Shown piece after piece: positions 1-11,479 of a stretch of DNA of 64,000 bases. The position numbers and the translations under genes are program-made. Source of the DNA: Felis catus (lineage: Eukaryota); contig NC_058376.1 in the NCBI RefSeq assembly GCF_018350175.1, positions 992,001 through 1,056,000 on the forward strand, given 5' to 3'. The stretch's first letter is position 1. Each line of letters starts with the position of its first letter. Under the pieces are notes generated by a model. The model saw nothing but the letters and a program-made list of their open reading frames with translations, made no database searches and had not been told where the DNA came from.

Positions 1-342
1 GGTGGGTGGGGCCCACGTGTCACCAGCCCCGGCCAGGCCAGGCGCCCCGAGTTATGTCAAAGGCAGGCTCGGCCGGGGGTCTCCATCGCTGGTGGATTGG
101 CACTCGGTAGGGCCACAGCCCGATCAGCCTGCTGAGGGGAACCCATGCCTGTCCTTAGGACATGCGGTCCTCAAGTCCACTGGACAAGGATGGAGGGCAG
201 GGAAGGCTGGCAGGGATCCACAGCAAAGGTCAAATGCCTGCCTCAGAACTGAAAGACCCCGTGACCAGTGTAGACTCACCCCGACTTCCCGGTCACCAAT
301 TTTCTGACTGTGTTTGTTCGGAGACCTGACCTCCCAGCCAAA

Positions 343-359
343 TGGCCAGCAGGTGGCAT
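343..359 (+). promoter_or_regulatory. Predicted CTCF-like motif
   Basis: TGGCCAGCAGGTGGCAT closely matches the CTCF core CCASYAGRKGGCRS. This is a motif match only. Confidence 0.3.
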
Positions 360-2101
360 GAATTGGCCCATCTCTTGGGTCGCTGCCAACTCAGGACATT
401 CTTTCCGTGACAGGTATCGACCACGGGTCAATGCGTCAAGTGGGGGTCAGAGCAGAGTTAGACTCTTCTGGGAGAACGACTCGCCCACACCGGGATGCAG
501 GCTATCACATGGTACACCGTGACCGTCCTTCTCCGGGGCGGGTTCACGTCCCACGGCCTTGCACGGAGGGGGTTGCCTCGTGAGCGGCAGCTCCGTGAGA
601 CGTCCCAGGTCCCCACTTCCAGTAGCCCTGAGCCCCATCTGTTGTTAGGTCGGCCCCGATGCACGGAAGCTCCAGTCCCAGGTGGGCCCGACAGGAGCAG
701 CGCCCAGGCTGGCTCGCCCCTCTCCCGAGCTCCCACGCACACTTCGCCTGCAGCCTACGCGGCTCCTCGCGTCCTTGCCAGCTCACAAGTGTAGTCAAAG
801 GATGTCTTCAACATCTGACTTGCTTTGCAGGATGAGGAGCACCACGCGGGGGCCGGGTCTGAGGCATCGAGTCACAGAAGTCTGGAACCACGGGCCTCCC
901 CTCCAAGCCACTCTGTGCGCTCCAGGCCTGCACGTGGTGTCCTCACACCTCGCTCTCCCGCGCTGGACAGGCCCAAGGCACGAGAAACTGTTCTGGACTG
1001 AATCAGCGCGGGGACGGGCACAACCGCTAGTGCGAGGGGAGGGCCGGGGGGAGGAAGACGGAGGCCGATCCTGATGGAACGTGGCGGCGGCCGAGCCCCT
1101 TCCTTGGGTGCTCACAGCGAGCAGGGGTGAGGTTCGGCAGTCAGGACCAGGCCCGGGGGGATGAGGAGGCGGCACGGCTGGCGGTCAGTGAGCCAAGCAG
1201 AGAGATACGGCAAGGAGGGATTGGCCGTCGTGAGCCACGCGTTTCCTCGACGGAGGCGTCTGCTGCTCACAGTATCGAAACCGCCCCGGAAACCTAGACT
1301 GTAACCCAAGGGCTAGCAGCTCTGAAACAAGGGGTTTTCATCACAAAGTTGCTAGACAAAACCAAGGGGCAGATTTTCTCTCCCCTAAGGGTACTCCCCA
1401 GATTCGCAGCTGCGGGGGACCCACGGCTCCAGCCCGTCCCACCGCGTCCTGTGCAGGGAGGTACTTCCCGGCGCCCAGGGCAGGGCCGGCTCCACGATGG
1501 CCCCAAGGACGCGGGTCAACAGCACCTCCCAAACTTAACAAGGACAACATGGGTTGAACTATGCAGGACCACTTATACGTGGATGGTTTTCAATAAATAT
1601 ATTGGAAGCTGTTTGGAGATTTCTAACAGTTTGAAAAAAAAAACTTGGAGGCAAATTGCATAGCCTAGAAATTATCAAAAAAATTAGGTATCTCATGAAT
1701 GTATGAAATACATGTAGATGCTACTCTATTTTATCATTTACTACCATAAAATACACACAAATATGTGACAAAAAGTTGGCATTTACCAAAACTCACATAC
1801 ACAGACTGTGCAATCGAGAGAAATATTGAAAAATTAAGATGCAGAATTAAATCACAACCGCAGAAAATTCACCGTAGTACAAGCTGCACTGTTGCAATAA
1901 TTTCATGGCCACCCGCTGCTGCTATTGTGGGGAGCTCCCGTGCGGCCAGCGTCTGCTCCAAGCACCGCGGACGCGGATGCTAATATCTGCGTGAGCAGAG
2001 CATTTCTCCAGTAAACTGCGGATCCAGCGAGAAGCGATCTCTTGCAGGGCTCAGGTATTCTGCGCTGTGTTTGGAGCAGTGCTGTAAACCCAGAGGACAC
2101 C

Positions 2102-3923
2102 ATGGGGCCTGTACCCAGTGCCACCGGTGGTGCTAGGAGCGCTCCCAAGAAGCAGAGAAAAGTCATGACATTAAAAGAGAAAGCCGAATTGCTTCCTATG
2201 CACCACAGATTGAGGTCTGCAACTCTGGCTGCCGTTCGTTGAAGATAAATGAATCCAGGATAAAGACCATTGTAAAAAAACAAAACAAAAGAAGAAGAAG
2301 AAGAAAAGGAAACTCGTGAGGCCGGCACCGCAGCTATGCCAGCAGGGGTGAAAAACCTCGCATTTTCTGCAAGGTATCTTTTTAGTTCATATTGAAAATG
2401 CCACTTTTATGCGGGCGCATAGGAAAGGCACACTTACAGACTCCAAAATCATTCGAGAAAAGGTAAAGTCGTTATATAAAAACTTAAAGCCAAAGAAAGG
2501 TTAAGGATCTAAAGTTGGAGAATTTAATGGCAGCGAAGGATGGTTTAATAATTTCAGAAAGAGGTTTGCCTTACAAAGTGTTGAGGTAACAGAGCAGCAA
2601 CTTGGGCCGGCAAGAGGCAGCAGACAAGCTCCCGGCCACCACCAAGAAAATCACCGAGGAGAGAGTATTTGCCCGCACAGATGTTTCATGCAGACCGAGG
2701 GCCCTATCCTGGACAAGAAGTGCCACAAAGCAGATCCGTCAGGAGGGGAGAGAAGGGAGCACTGGGATGTAGGATGGGCGGGGGAGATGGGCTGGCTCTA
2801 CTGTTTTGTGCAAACGCAGGCGGGTTTATGATCTGGATGGCCCTTATCTAGAAAGCCCCCGAGCCTTGAAGGGAGAAGATAAACACCAGCCGCCAGTCTT
2901 CCGGTTGTACAACAAGAAGGCTGGACGAGAACCCTTTTTCTGGATTGGCTCCATCGATGCTTTGTGCGTGAAATCAGGAAGTACCTTGCTAGTGAGGGAC
3001 TGCCTTTTAAAGTTTTTCTGATATTGGACAATATCCCGGCCACCCAGATCCCCATGAGGTCAACAACAAAGCTGCTGAAGTGGTCTGCTTGACCCCAAAC
3101 ACCGTCTCTAATTTAGCCTCTACATCAGGGGTCATAAGGACCTTTACGGCTCATTACACACGGCACTCTATGGAAAGGACTGCCCACGCTACGGAAGAGA
3201 ACCCCAGGGAAGAGAGCAGCACGGAAACCTGGAAGGATTACACCACTGAAGATGCCATTGCTGTTAGAGAAAAAGCCATGAAAACCACAGAGCCTGAAAC
3301 CACAAACTCCTGCTGAGAAAACTGTGTCCAGATGCTGTGGGTGACTTCACTAGATTTATGACAGAGCCAATCAAGGAGATCACAAATGAGATCGTAGACG
3401 TGCAAAAAAGGTGAGGGGGGAAGAGTTTCAAGATCTGGATCTTGGAGAAGTTCAAGAGCTAACAGACCACCCCAGGGGGATGAACGGAGGCAACTTGGCG
3501 GAGATGAGAGCCTCCGAACCAGGGCCAGACTGATGAGGGAGAAGACGCAGAAGAAGCAGTGCTGGAAGACACCGTCACTTTTGACAATGACCATCTGGCA
3601 GGTGGGTGCCAATGACTCGGGACTGCTTTCGACTTCTCGTATGACACGGACCCTTCTAAGATATGGGCACTGAAACCAAAGCAAACAGTGGAAGAAGGAT
3701 TGGTGCCGTAGACAACATTTTTGGAGGAATGAAAAAGCAAAAAGAGAGAAATTATGATGTATTTTGGTAAAATGACACTGAGTGTGCCTGCTCTGCTGCC
3801 TTCCCTCCCCCTCCTCCACCCGAGACAGGGTGACCACCTCCTCTCCCTCCTCTTGTGCCTCCTCGGCGTGAAGACGACAAGAATGAGGCCTTCGAGGATG
3901 ACCCACCTTCACTCAGTGACTAG
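2102..3923 (+). pseudogene. Decayed Tigger transposase (CENP-B-like HTH plus DDE domain)
   Basis: The N-terminus reads MGPVPSATGGARSAPKKQRKVMTLKEKAELL…RLRS, and there is an acidic C-terminal tail (EDDKNEAFEDDP). Many stops and frameshifts are present, plus an A/GAA expansion at about 2273-2308. Confidence 0.85.
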
Positions 3924-4685
3924 TAAATAACCATCCCGTCATACAGGTAACACACTCATCTGCTGTGCATTTGTGAGTGTCTCCATGTGCAAATGTAGTC
4001 ATTGTGCCAGGAACTGCAGGCCATGATTGTGTGTCACCATCAGCGCCATCGCCTGAGTACTCATTGGGTAGGACATCGTGGGCAAGACTCATGTGGAAGT
4101 GGACAGCCTATCCCTTACACAGGCGTCACACGAGTGACATTTCACATAAAATGAATAATGTATTGGTTTCCTTTCTGTTTTATAACTTTTTGTGTCACCT
4201 GCTTTCAAAGAATTACACTACTGTGCTGTTATGCCTGTCTCCTACTTGGAGACACCACCCGTCAGCCTAGCGTCACAGGCAAGTGTTTTTTAAAAAAAGT
4301 AACAACGCTTCCAACACTGTATTATGAATAGGACCGTAATACCGTATAACATAAACATTTTATGACAACGCGCTCATTAGCGTGTAGGCTGAGCTCCTGT
4401 GAAGCAACTGCGTTGATGGCCGCGACAAAGCGATCCCATCGCTGCCGCTTCGTTATCGGTGCGTGGTTCGGGACACCTGTGAATGCCCACGAGTGTAGTT
4501 TTCACATTATCTCTCAGTCTGGTGCTTGGTGCTCATAGTGCAAGTAACACAGACAGCATTTTGTATCATGGAAGATAATACTGACGTACGTACTGACAGT
4601 CAATTCATCTTATAAATGGTCAACATAAACTTATGTTATCGATAAACACGGTACTGTAAGAGTATTTTCTCTTCCTGATGATTTT

Positions 4686-4965
4686 TTCTTTTCTTTTTTT
4701 TTTTTAACCATTTTCTTTCTTGGAAGCTGAAGACTTCTGTTTTGTTTTTTTTTTTTTTTTAATGTTTACTTTTTTTTGAGACAGAGAGAGACAGAGCATG
4801 AGCGGGGCAAGAGACAGAGCATGAGGGGGGACACAGAATCCGAAGCAGGCTCCAGGCTCTGAGCTGTCAGTGCAGAGCCCAATGGGGGACTCGAACCCAC
4901 GAAACGTGAGATCATGACCTGGGCCCACGTCGGACGCTTAACCAACTGAACCACCCAGACACCTG
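4686..4965 (-). mobile_element. Carnivore SINE (CanSINE/SINEC) with two A-tails, inserted in the Tigger
   Basis: Reverse complement gives the tRNA-like head, CT-rich body and A-tail. TSD tgatttt is at 4679-4685 and 4966-4972. Confidence 0.93.
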
Positions 4966-5137
4966 TGATTTTCTTAATAACGTTTTCTTTAGCTTACTTT
5001 ACTGCAAGAATCCAGTATACGACACATTTAACACACAAAACTCGTGTTAATCGACTATGTTGTCAAAAAGTCTTCTGATCAACAGGAGACTATTAGTAGT
5101 TAAGTTTTGGGGGAGTTAAGAGCTACACATGTATTTT

Positions 5138-5995
5138 TTTCTTTTTTTTTTCAGTTTCTTAACTCAAATGTATTTCAAAGTTGATGTACCCGCTTGAAAT
5201 TCAAGAACAGTATCTCTTGCTAGAGATGTAATTATAAAGGTAAATGAAATGACACATTTAAATATGTAAATGAAAAAACGGAATACAGTTAACAAATCCA
5301 ATCCACTTGTACGGTAATGCTAGCTTCCTATGTGTTACCTCACCTGTTGGGCAAGCAACCGTTTACTGTAAACATTGTACTTTCTGTTTCAGAAACGGGG
5401 AAAGAGGCACAAAGGGTCTTTCACAGTATCACACACGATGTTTCACAGCGAGGAGTGGAGCCCATGGCCGTTTTGTGCCACAGCATATAAAGTGACATAT
5501 AGTTGAGACCCACATAATTTTGCCTCAGCAAGTTCCCCTGGTTCGTTTTCCTTTTTCCTATCTAGGTCCTAATGCTTTTCGGCCAGTCCCACAACCTAGG
5601 GACTTCCTGCTTACTTTTTACTCAGCCATCCAAAAGAATGATATCTTGCCATTTGTAACAATGTGGATGGAACTAGAGTGTATTATGTGAAGTGAAGTGA
5701 GTCGGTCAGAGGACATACCGTAGGTGGAACTTAAGACACAAAACAGATGAACATATGGGAAGAGGGGAAAAAAGAGAAAAGAGGGAAACAAACCATGACA
5801 GACTCTTAACAACAGAGAACAAACCGAGTGTTGACAGAGGGAGGTGGGTGGGGGACGGGCTAGATGGGGGATGGGGATTAGGGAGGGCACTTGTGATGAG
5901 CACTGGGTGTCGTATGTAGGTGATGAATCATTGACACCTATTCCTGAAACCAATACTACACTATAGTTAACTAACTAAAATTTAAATTAAAAAAA
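5138..5995 (-). mobile_element. L1-mediated retroposed insert: poly(A), about 470 nt of unique sequence, and an antisense L1 3' end
   Basis: Poly-T lies at 5134-5151. A degenerate 14-bp TSD flanks the insert: tacacatgtatttt (5124-5137) and tacacgtatatttt (5996-6009). Tigger sequence resumes exactly after it. Confidence 0.65.
5619..5995 (+). mobile_element. Carnivore L1 3' end fragment
   Basis: The sequence actcagccatc-aaaagaatga-atcttgccattt is followed by a G-rich 3'UTR tract and an A-rich tail. Confidence 0.9.
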
Positions 5996-6135
5996 TACAC
6001 GTATATTTTTGACTGTGTGGAGGGGGGGAGGGGGCGCTAATCCCGCGTGTTCAAGGGTCAAGTGTGCTTCCAATCTGGGCATCCCAAGAGGTACGCGTAG
6101 AGAAAAGGAGCTGGCCTCCTTTAGCCACATCCTCA

Positions 6136-6149
6136 CCACTGGGGGGCAG
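6136..6149 (+). promoter_or_regulatory. Predicted CTCF-like motif
   Basis: CCACTGGGGGGCAG matches the CTCF core at 13/14 positions. This is a motif match only. Confidence 0.25.
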
Positions 6150-7595
6150 CAGAGGTCCGTGGCCCCACCGCACGGCTGCAGCAACACATTCTCTGGAACA
6201 CAATGTGTTCCTGGGCCCAAACCCAGCCCCAGCCCTTTTCTGCGGTTCAAGTTTTATGGGCACGTGGGCACACCCACACACTCACTGAACACACTCCCAC
6301 TCACTGGCTTCAGGCTGTGAGGGCAGAGCGCAGTGGGTGCCACAAAGACTCCACGACCCACAAAACTGAGACGGTTCTCGCGGGCACAGAGCACCTGCTG
6401 GCCCTGCCGGGACCCATGCCTACAGGGTCTCCAGGTGTCCTGGCAGCACCCAGTGTCCCTCCCTCCTGACGACCAAGCGGTGTCCTGTCCGCAGCAGGCG
6501 GGTCCTCACAGCCCCCGCAGGTTTCCTGGAGGAGCAGCTGACGGAGGCGCCGGCTGCGTGCGCCCGAGTCTCGGGGCCGGGGCTCTTCCCCCACCCCCTG
6601 GAGGCCGCAGCTCACTGGGACCGGCGGCGGAGCCCGTGGCTTTCCCACTCCTCTCAGAAAACAAGCTGACCTGGCCCCGAGTCACCCAGAGCCCCCAGGC
6701 CCGAAGACAGAACTCCAGGCCAGCCCGGGGGGGCGCCCGTGAGCCGGGGCCGCGGTGGACAGTGTGGAGAGTGGGGTGCAGCCGCTGAGTTGTGTGCTGG
6801 AGAAGGGGCAAGGGGGGGGCGGCCTGGGGCAGTGGCCCCCAGAGGACAGGTCCCCTTCCGGGGAAGCACGGGAGCCTTTAGGGGCAGGAAGCAGCGCCTG
6901 TGAGCAGCGCTGTGCGAGTAGGGCCTGGGCGCCCCAAGACGAGCGAAATGTAAATGGGGTGCGCACGCAGAGTGGGGCGGAAGGTGTCCTGCCAGCGTTT
7001 CCCGGAGGAGGTGATGAGGGACGAACTGGAAGCAGCAGAGTTCAGTACTGGCTGCGGGGCAGACCCGGGTCCGGGACAGCAGATGCGGCTAGGCGGGCAG
7101 AGCCATGCAACGGGCCGCAGGGCAGGGGCCGGCGGGTGCACTGACCCATAGGGCTCTAGGGCCACAGTAAGCACACTAGTGTGTCCCCGGAATGGAGGTG
7201 CCCTTGACCCGGCACGCTAGCCGGACCTGAGGGCTGGAAGGAGGGTGGACTTCCCGGGAGGGTCTGGAAGGCGCGCCCAGCCCCCAGGCCCGAGCTGCCC
7301 ACTCGGCAGAGTCCACGATGAAGGGAGACCCTGTGACAGCCCACGGCACAGAACGGGCATTCACCGGACCCCGACGGACGGGATGACGGGGTGCCGGGGA
7401 GAGAGAACGCCCAGGCCTTCCCGGGACGCAAACGCCACCACAAAACCCCAGTCAACACAGCGAATGGGGCCCTGGCCTGCACGTCTGCACATGCAACTAG
7501 GGACATTTTACCCCACGCAACTTGGGGTGATTTACCCAATCCCTAAAAGCATAAGTGGACGAGGTACGTAGCAGCTGCTGGAACATTCCCTGTGG

Positions 7596-7632
7596 TCTAC
7601 ATTAAGTAGAAATTTCTACATTAAGTAGAAAT
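7596..7632. repeat. 19-bp tandem duplication of a hairpin-forming unit
   Basis: tctacattaagtagaaat occurs at 7596-7613 and 7615-7632. The junction forms the 14-bp palindrome gtagaaatttctac. Confidence 0.95.
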
Positions 7633-8794
7633 GGCCAAGTAGGATTCCTGGGGACCTCACCACTCCAGGCGAGGTGGCATGCCAGCAAAGCCACAGTCGG
7701 GCCGCCATGAAGGATTTCGGGGCTGCAGGGCGCTGGACCCAGGAGCACCCCTTTCTGTTCTCCACCATAAAGACCAGACAGATCATGGCCCATGACAGCG
7801 GACCGCTGTGGTCCCAGCCAAGTGACTGGCCCAGTGGCAGTGTCGCGTGGCCCCCACACTTGTCCCAGCGAGTTGCCTGGGACACATCTATCTCGGTCCC
7901 ACCGGGACAGAGGACCGACCTCGGTCAGCCTTCCGTCGGAGGACAGCAGAGCACAGTCACGGCTCCCCTCGGGAGCTACGGGAACTGCTTGCTCTGCCAC
8001 ACACCCTCCTCGGGAGCCCTGACCGCGTCGCAACACGACCCGGACGTCAGGCTGGATGACTTCATGGCTGGCGCTTTCTAAATGGACACGGCGACAGGCA
8101 ATAGCAAGCGGTCTGGATGCTTTGGGAGGTGCAGCGGCCTCAGGGTGGAAAGTAACTTCCAAGGGCTCAGGGGCCCGCGTGTCAGCACCGCGTGCACGAC
8201 GGGGCGGCCGCCAGGACAGGTCCCCTAAGTGAAGGACCCACTGTGCCCTATGCCCGCCAGCACGCAGAAAAGGGCATACCTCCTGGGGAACCTCTGGGTT
8301 GTGCGGGCCACCTCCGCTGCCCCAGGAAAACCACTCCAAGCACCAAAGGAGTCCTGCAGCCTCGCCCGCACAGCTGCTGGAGGAACCGGGGTGGACGGGC
8401 CGGCCGTGCAGAGGCCCCGGCGAGTCCCACTGCCAGCGACACCATGCAGACGGCCCGGGTTCTAGAGCAAGGCCACGCCTCCCGTGACAGAGGATCCGTC
8501 ACTCCACAAAGCAGCTCCCGCGGACTCCCGGGACAAGAAGTGAACACGTGGCCACGGACAGCTCCATGCGGGCACCACCGGGTCCACCACAACCTAGGCC
8601 AGGCACGCTGGGCCCCGGACATGAGTAGGGCCAAGGGCTCGAACAAGTTGCACGGACAGGTGGCCCAGACCCCATGTCGCCCCTGAACGGGACTCACACA
8701 TCGGATGGCCGCAGAGAGCTCCAGGTGGCCGGCTCCCAGAGGGGAAGCAAACCGGAGTCAGCTTGTGGGGAGGGGAGGACCCCGCAGTGCGAAC

Positions 8795-9505
8795 ACGGGA
8801 TTCTGACAGCGGTCCCCGCACAGCACTTCCCACACCAAGCAACCCTCCAACCCCACTGGGCGTCCTACGATCCAACTCATTTCTGACACCGTCTACCCAG
8901 ACTGAGGTCAGATCCCACGACAGCCCTTCCCCCACCTCAGAAGCCAGTTTCAAGTCCCGCCGTCCCCTGTGCTTCTGACCGACCACCTACCAGTCAAGGT
9001 TCCCAGGTCCCCAGACTCAGGTTCAGTTAATTTGCTAGGACGGCCCACGGATCTCAGAGAAACATTTTACTCACTAGATCACCAGTTCATTAGAAAAGGA
9101 TGAAACCCAGGAACAGTCAGATGGAGAGACCTGTACCAGAAACAGGGAAGGGGTGTGGGGCTTCCGTGTGCTGGGGGCCACTCTCCCCACCAGAAGCTCC
9201 CCAAACCCCAGCTCTTTTGCGTTTTATGGAGGCTTCATTACACAGACATGATGATCAACTCACTGGCCACTGGCGACTGATGAAACCTTCAGCTCCTCTC
9301 TGCGTCCCCAGCCCCTCCCTGCCACCCCCCACCCCCCACCCCCCCGTCAGCGGGGTGCTTTCCAAAGCACATTTGTCTAAGGTAACAAAAGACACCTTTG
9401 TGCTCTCCTCGCTCGGGACCATCTGAGGTTAAAGCCCTTGGTCCCCTGGGCCATGAATAGGGACAAAGACCAAATATATACTTCTTCCCAGAAATCAGTG
9501 TCCCA
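8795..9505 (-). mobile_element. MER21-like ERVL solo LTR
   Basis: Reverse complement contains …agaagtatatatttggtctttgtccc…tcttttgtta…, typical of the MER21 5' end. The body has MER21-like segments. Confidence 0.72.
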
Positions 9506-11479
9506 GAAGACATGGGGAGAAGGGCCCTGAGGTACAGACACGCAATCCACAGGCAGCAGCCAAGGGCTGGGCTGGTTGGCCCAGCACCTGACACAGAGGG
9601 ACCGGCGAGGGCACCTGGGCACCAGGAGCCTGTCCGGATCTCTGGGAGCAGACACAGGTCACGCAGGCCCCCGGGCCAGTGCCCTGCGGCCAGGGTTCCC
9701 ACAGGGCAGGCGTCTCCCTCCGCTTCAACCGCACCCTCCTCCTGCAGCGGAGTGCCCTACGTGATGGGTCTCAACACACGTGTAACAGGGGTGTGGACAA
9801 GGCTTCCATGTGACACAACTCCACAGGGAAGTGCACACACAGACTGCCCCCTCCGGCCCTCACATGCGGCCCCCCACGCAGCTCCCAACATGCCTGGGAG
9901 AAGCAGGGAGCAGGCTGGAAGCCAAGGCGAGAATATGTTTTCCCAGGTCACCAGAGGCTGTCACTTCAGGCAAAACGGTTCCCATCAGTCACCTGCAGTT
10001 AGCTCTCCCTTCTCCGTTCAGCAGCCCCCACTCCCCACCCCACCCCCCGCGGCACCCCGCCCCACTGTCCCGCTGCTGACACCCCTGCACAGCTGCCGTG
10101 GGGGCGGTTCAAGCTCAGCTTCCTCAGGCAGCTGCTCTGCCCCACATCCAGGCCGTCCTGACAGCCCACCAAGGGTTCGGAGACCCGGTGGTCATGTCAC
10201 ACAGCCCCCCTCCACCCCCGCCCCACCACGAGGCATAGGCAGAGCCACCTTGGGTGTCAGTCTTATCAGCACGCAGCCACAGTCCCCAGGTCCCTGGACC
10301 GGTCCCCGGCCCGCCCTGGAGGGTCCCCAGTGCTCTACATTGTGGCACACGTCTACAGGTGGTTCTGAAACGACGATTTCTTCTGAATAGCGGTCGCTTT
10401 CAAACTTCTTCAAGCCACGGAACCCTCTCTCTAAACACAACTCTCCGCAAACACCAGTACATGAAGCAGACGCCTGAGTGGGACCCAGAGGCCACCTCAC
10501 GGCCCTGCCACGGGTTCCAGAAAGTGCAGGGGCGAGAGGAGGAAGTGGGACCAGAGGCCCACCCCAGCTCCACTGACCATACCCCAGGAGCAGCAGTGCC
10601 ACGCGGACTGTGGGAGGAACCCCGCTCTGCTCCTGAAGGTCTCCGGGGAGGACCCAGGGAGCAGAGGAACAAACACAGGCTCTGAACCGAGCACACACAG
10701 CACAGCATCCATGCTCCCGCTCTTTCCCGGCTCATTTCAAAGAAAACAAATTCAACAAGGAAATAAAACATAATTTAGTTTTTATGGAAACTGCAGTCTG
10801 TCTTTCTTGTTCCCACAAATAACATTCAAATAAACTACACTTAGTAAAACGTATTGTGAAATGGTTTCCCCGAAGACGCTGGCAAAATACCCCCGGTCCA
10901 GCCGGTGCCCAGGGCCACGGGCGAGGTGGGGCGTACCCTGGACCCCCGCAACCCTCGGCCTCAGGGCCTCGGTACCACACAAAGAGGACTGGGGGCAGGA
11001 GGCCTCGATCCACAGGCCGGGTGCCCGCCGTCCGGTGAGCTGGGCTCCGGGGCCGGAGCTGGAGGCAGGAAGGTGTGACGGGACCCAGGTCTAGACAGGC
11101 AGGAAAGCAGCCTGCTGGGGCACCTGCAAGGACCACGCCGGGTCCCCAGACACCTCCAGGCTGCAGACGGAAGTCGCCCTTCAGGGTCGTCCCCTCTCCT
11201 ACCGTGGCTCTTCGAGGCTCACGAGGCTCACGGAGCCCCGGGAGGTTCAGGTCCCAGGCCCCGGATGGCAAGGAGACCGCCCTCAAGGCCACCGACAGGC
11301 GTGAGGGGCCCACACGGGACCACACGACCACGGCGCTGTGACTTTGCCAGTGTCAGCTTCAGCTCCCCAGCCCCCCCCCCCCCGCCACAGCACCCACCTA
11401 CTCACAGCTTCTCAAATCCAGTCACACCCAAAAGACCTCCTGTCTGTCTCTATCTTCACTTTAAAACGGTCTGTCACAC

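Larger units (their letters stand above)
1531..6064 (+). mobile_element. Tigger2-type (TcMar-Tigger/pogo) DNA transposon, near full length, interrupted by a SINE and a retroposed insert
   Basis: The left end (…acaacatgggttgaact…ccacttatacgtggat) and right end (cgtgttcaagggtcaagtg) resemble Tigger2 terminal inverted repeats. A decayed transposase lies inside. Length is about 3.4 kb after removing the insertions. Confidence 0.9.

Noticed and set aside
4704-4954. Short ORFs such as MVQLVKRPTWAQVMISR… that recur through the window
   Set aside because: They are translations of carnivore SINEs, not genes.
7596-7632. Similarity to the Cas12a crRNA direct-repeat hairpin
   Set aside because: There are only two adjacent copies, no spacer and no cas locus. 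A short AT-rich hairpin match is expected by chance.
7602-8339. 245-aa minus-strand ORF and overlapping 135-aa plus-strand ORF
   Set aside because: I recognise no homology, there is no convincing splice context, and the sequence is GC-rich.
9512-10390. 292-aa plus-strand ORF
   Set aside because: It has Pro/Ser/Gly/Arg-rich composition with no recognisable domain. Long stop-free frames are expected at this GC content.
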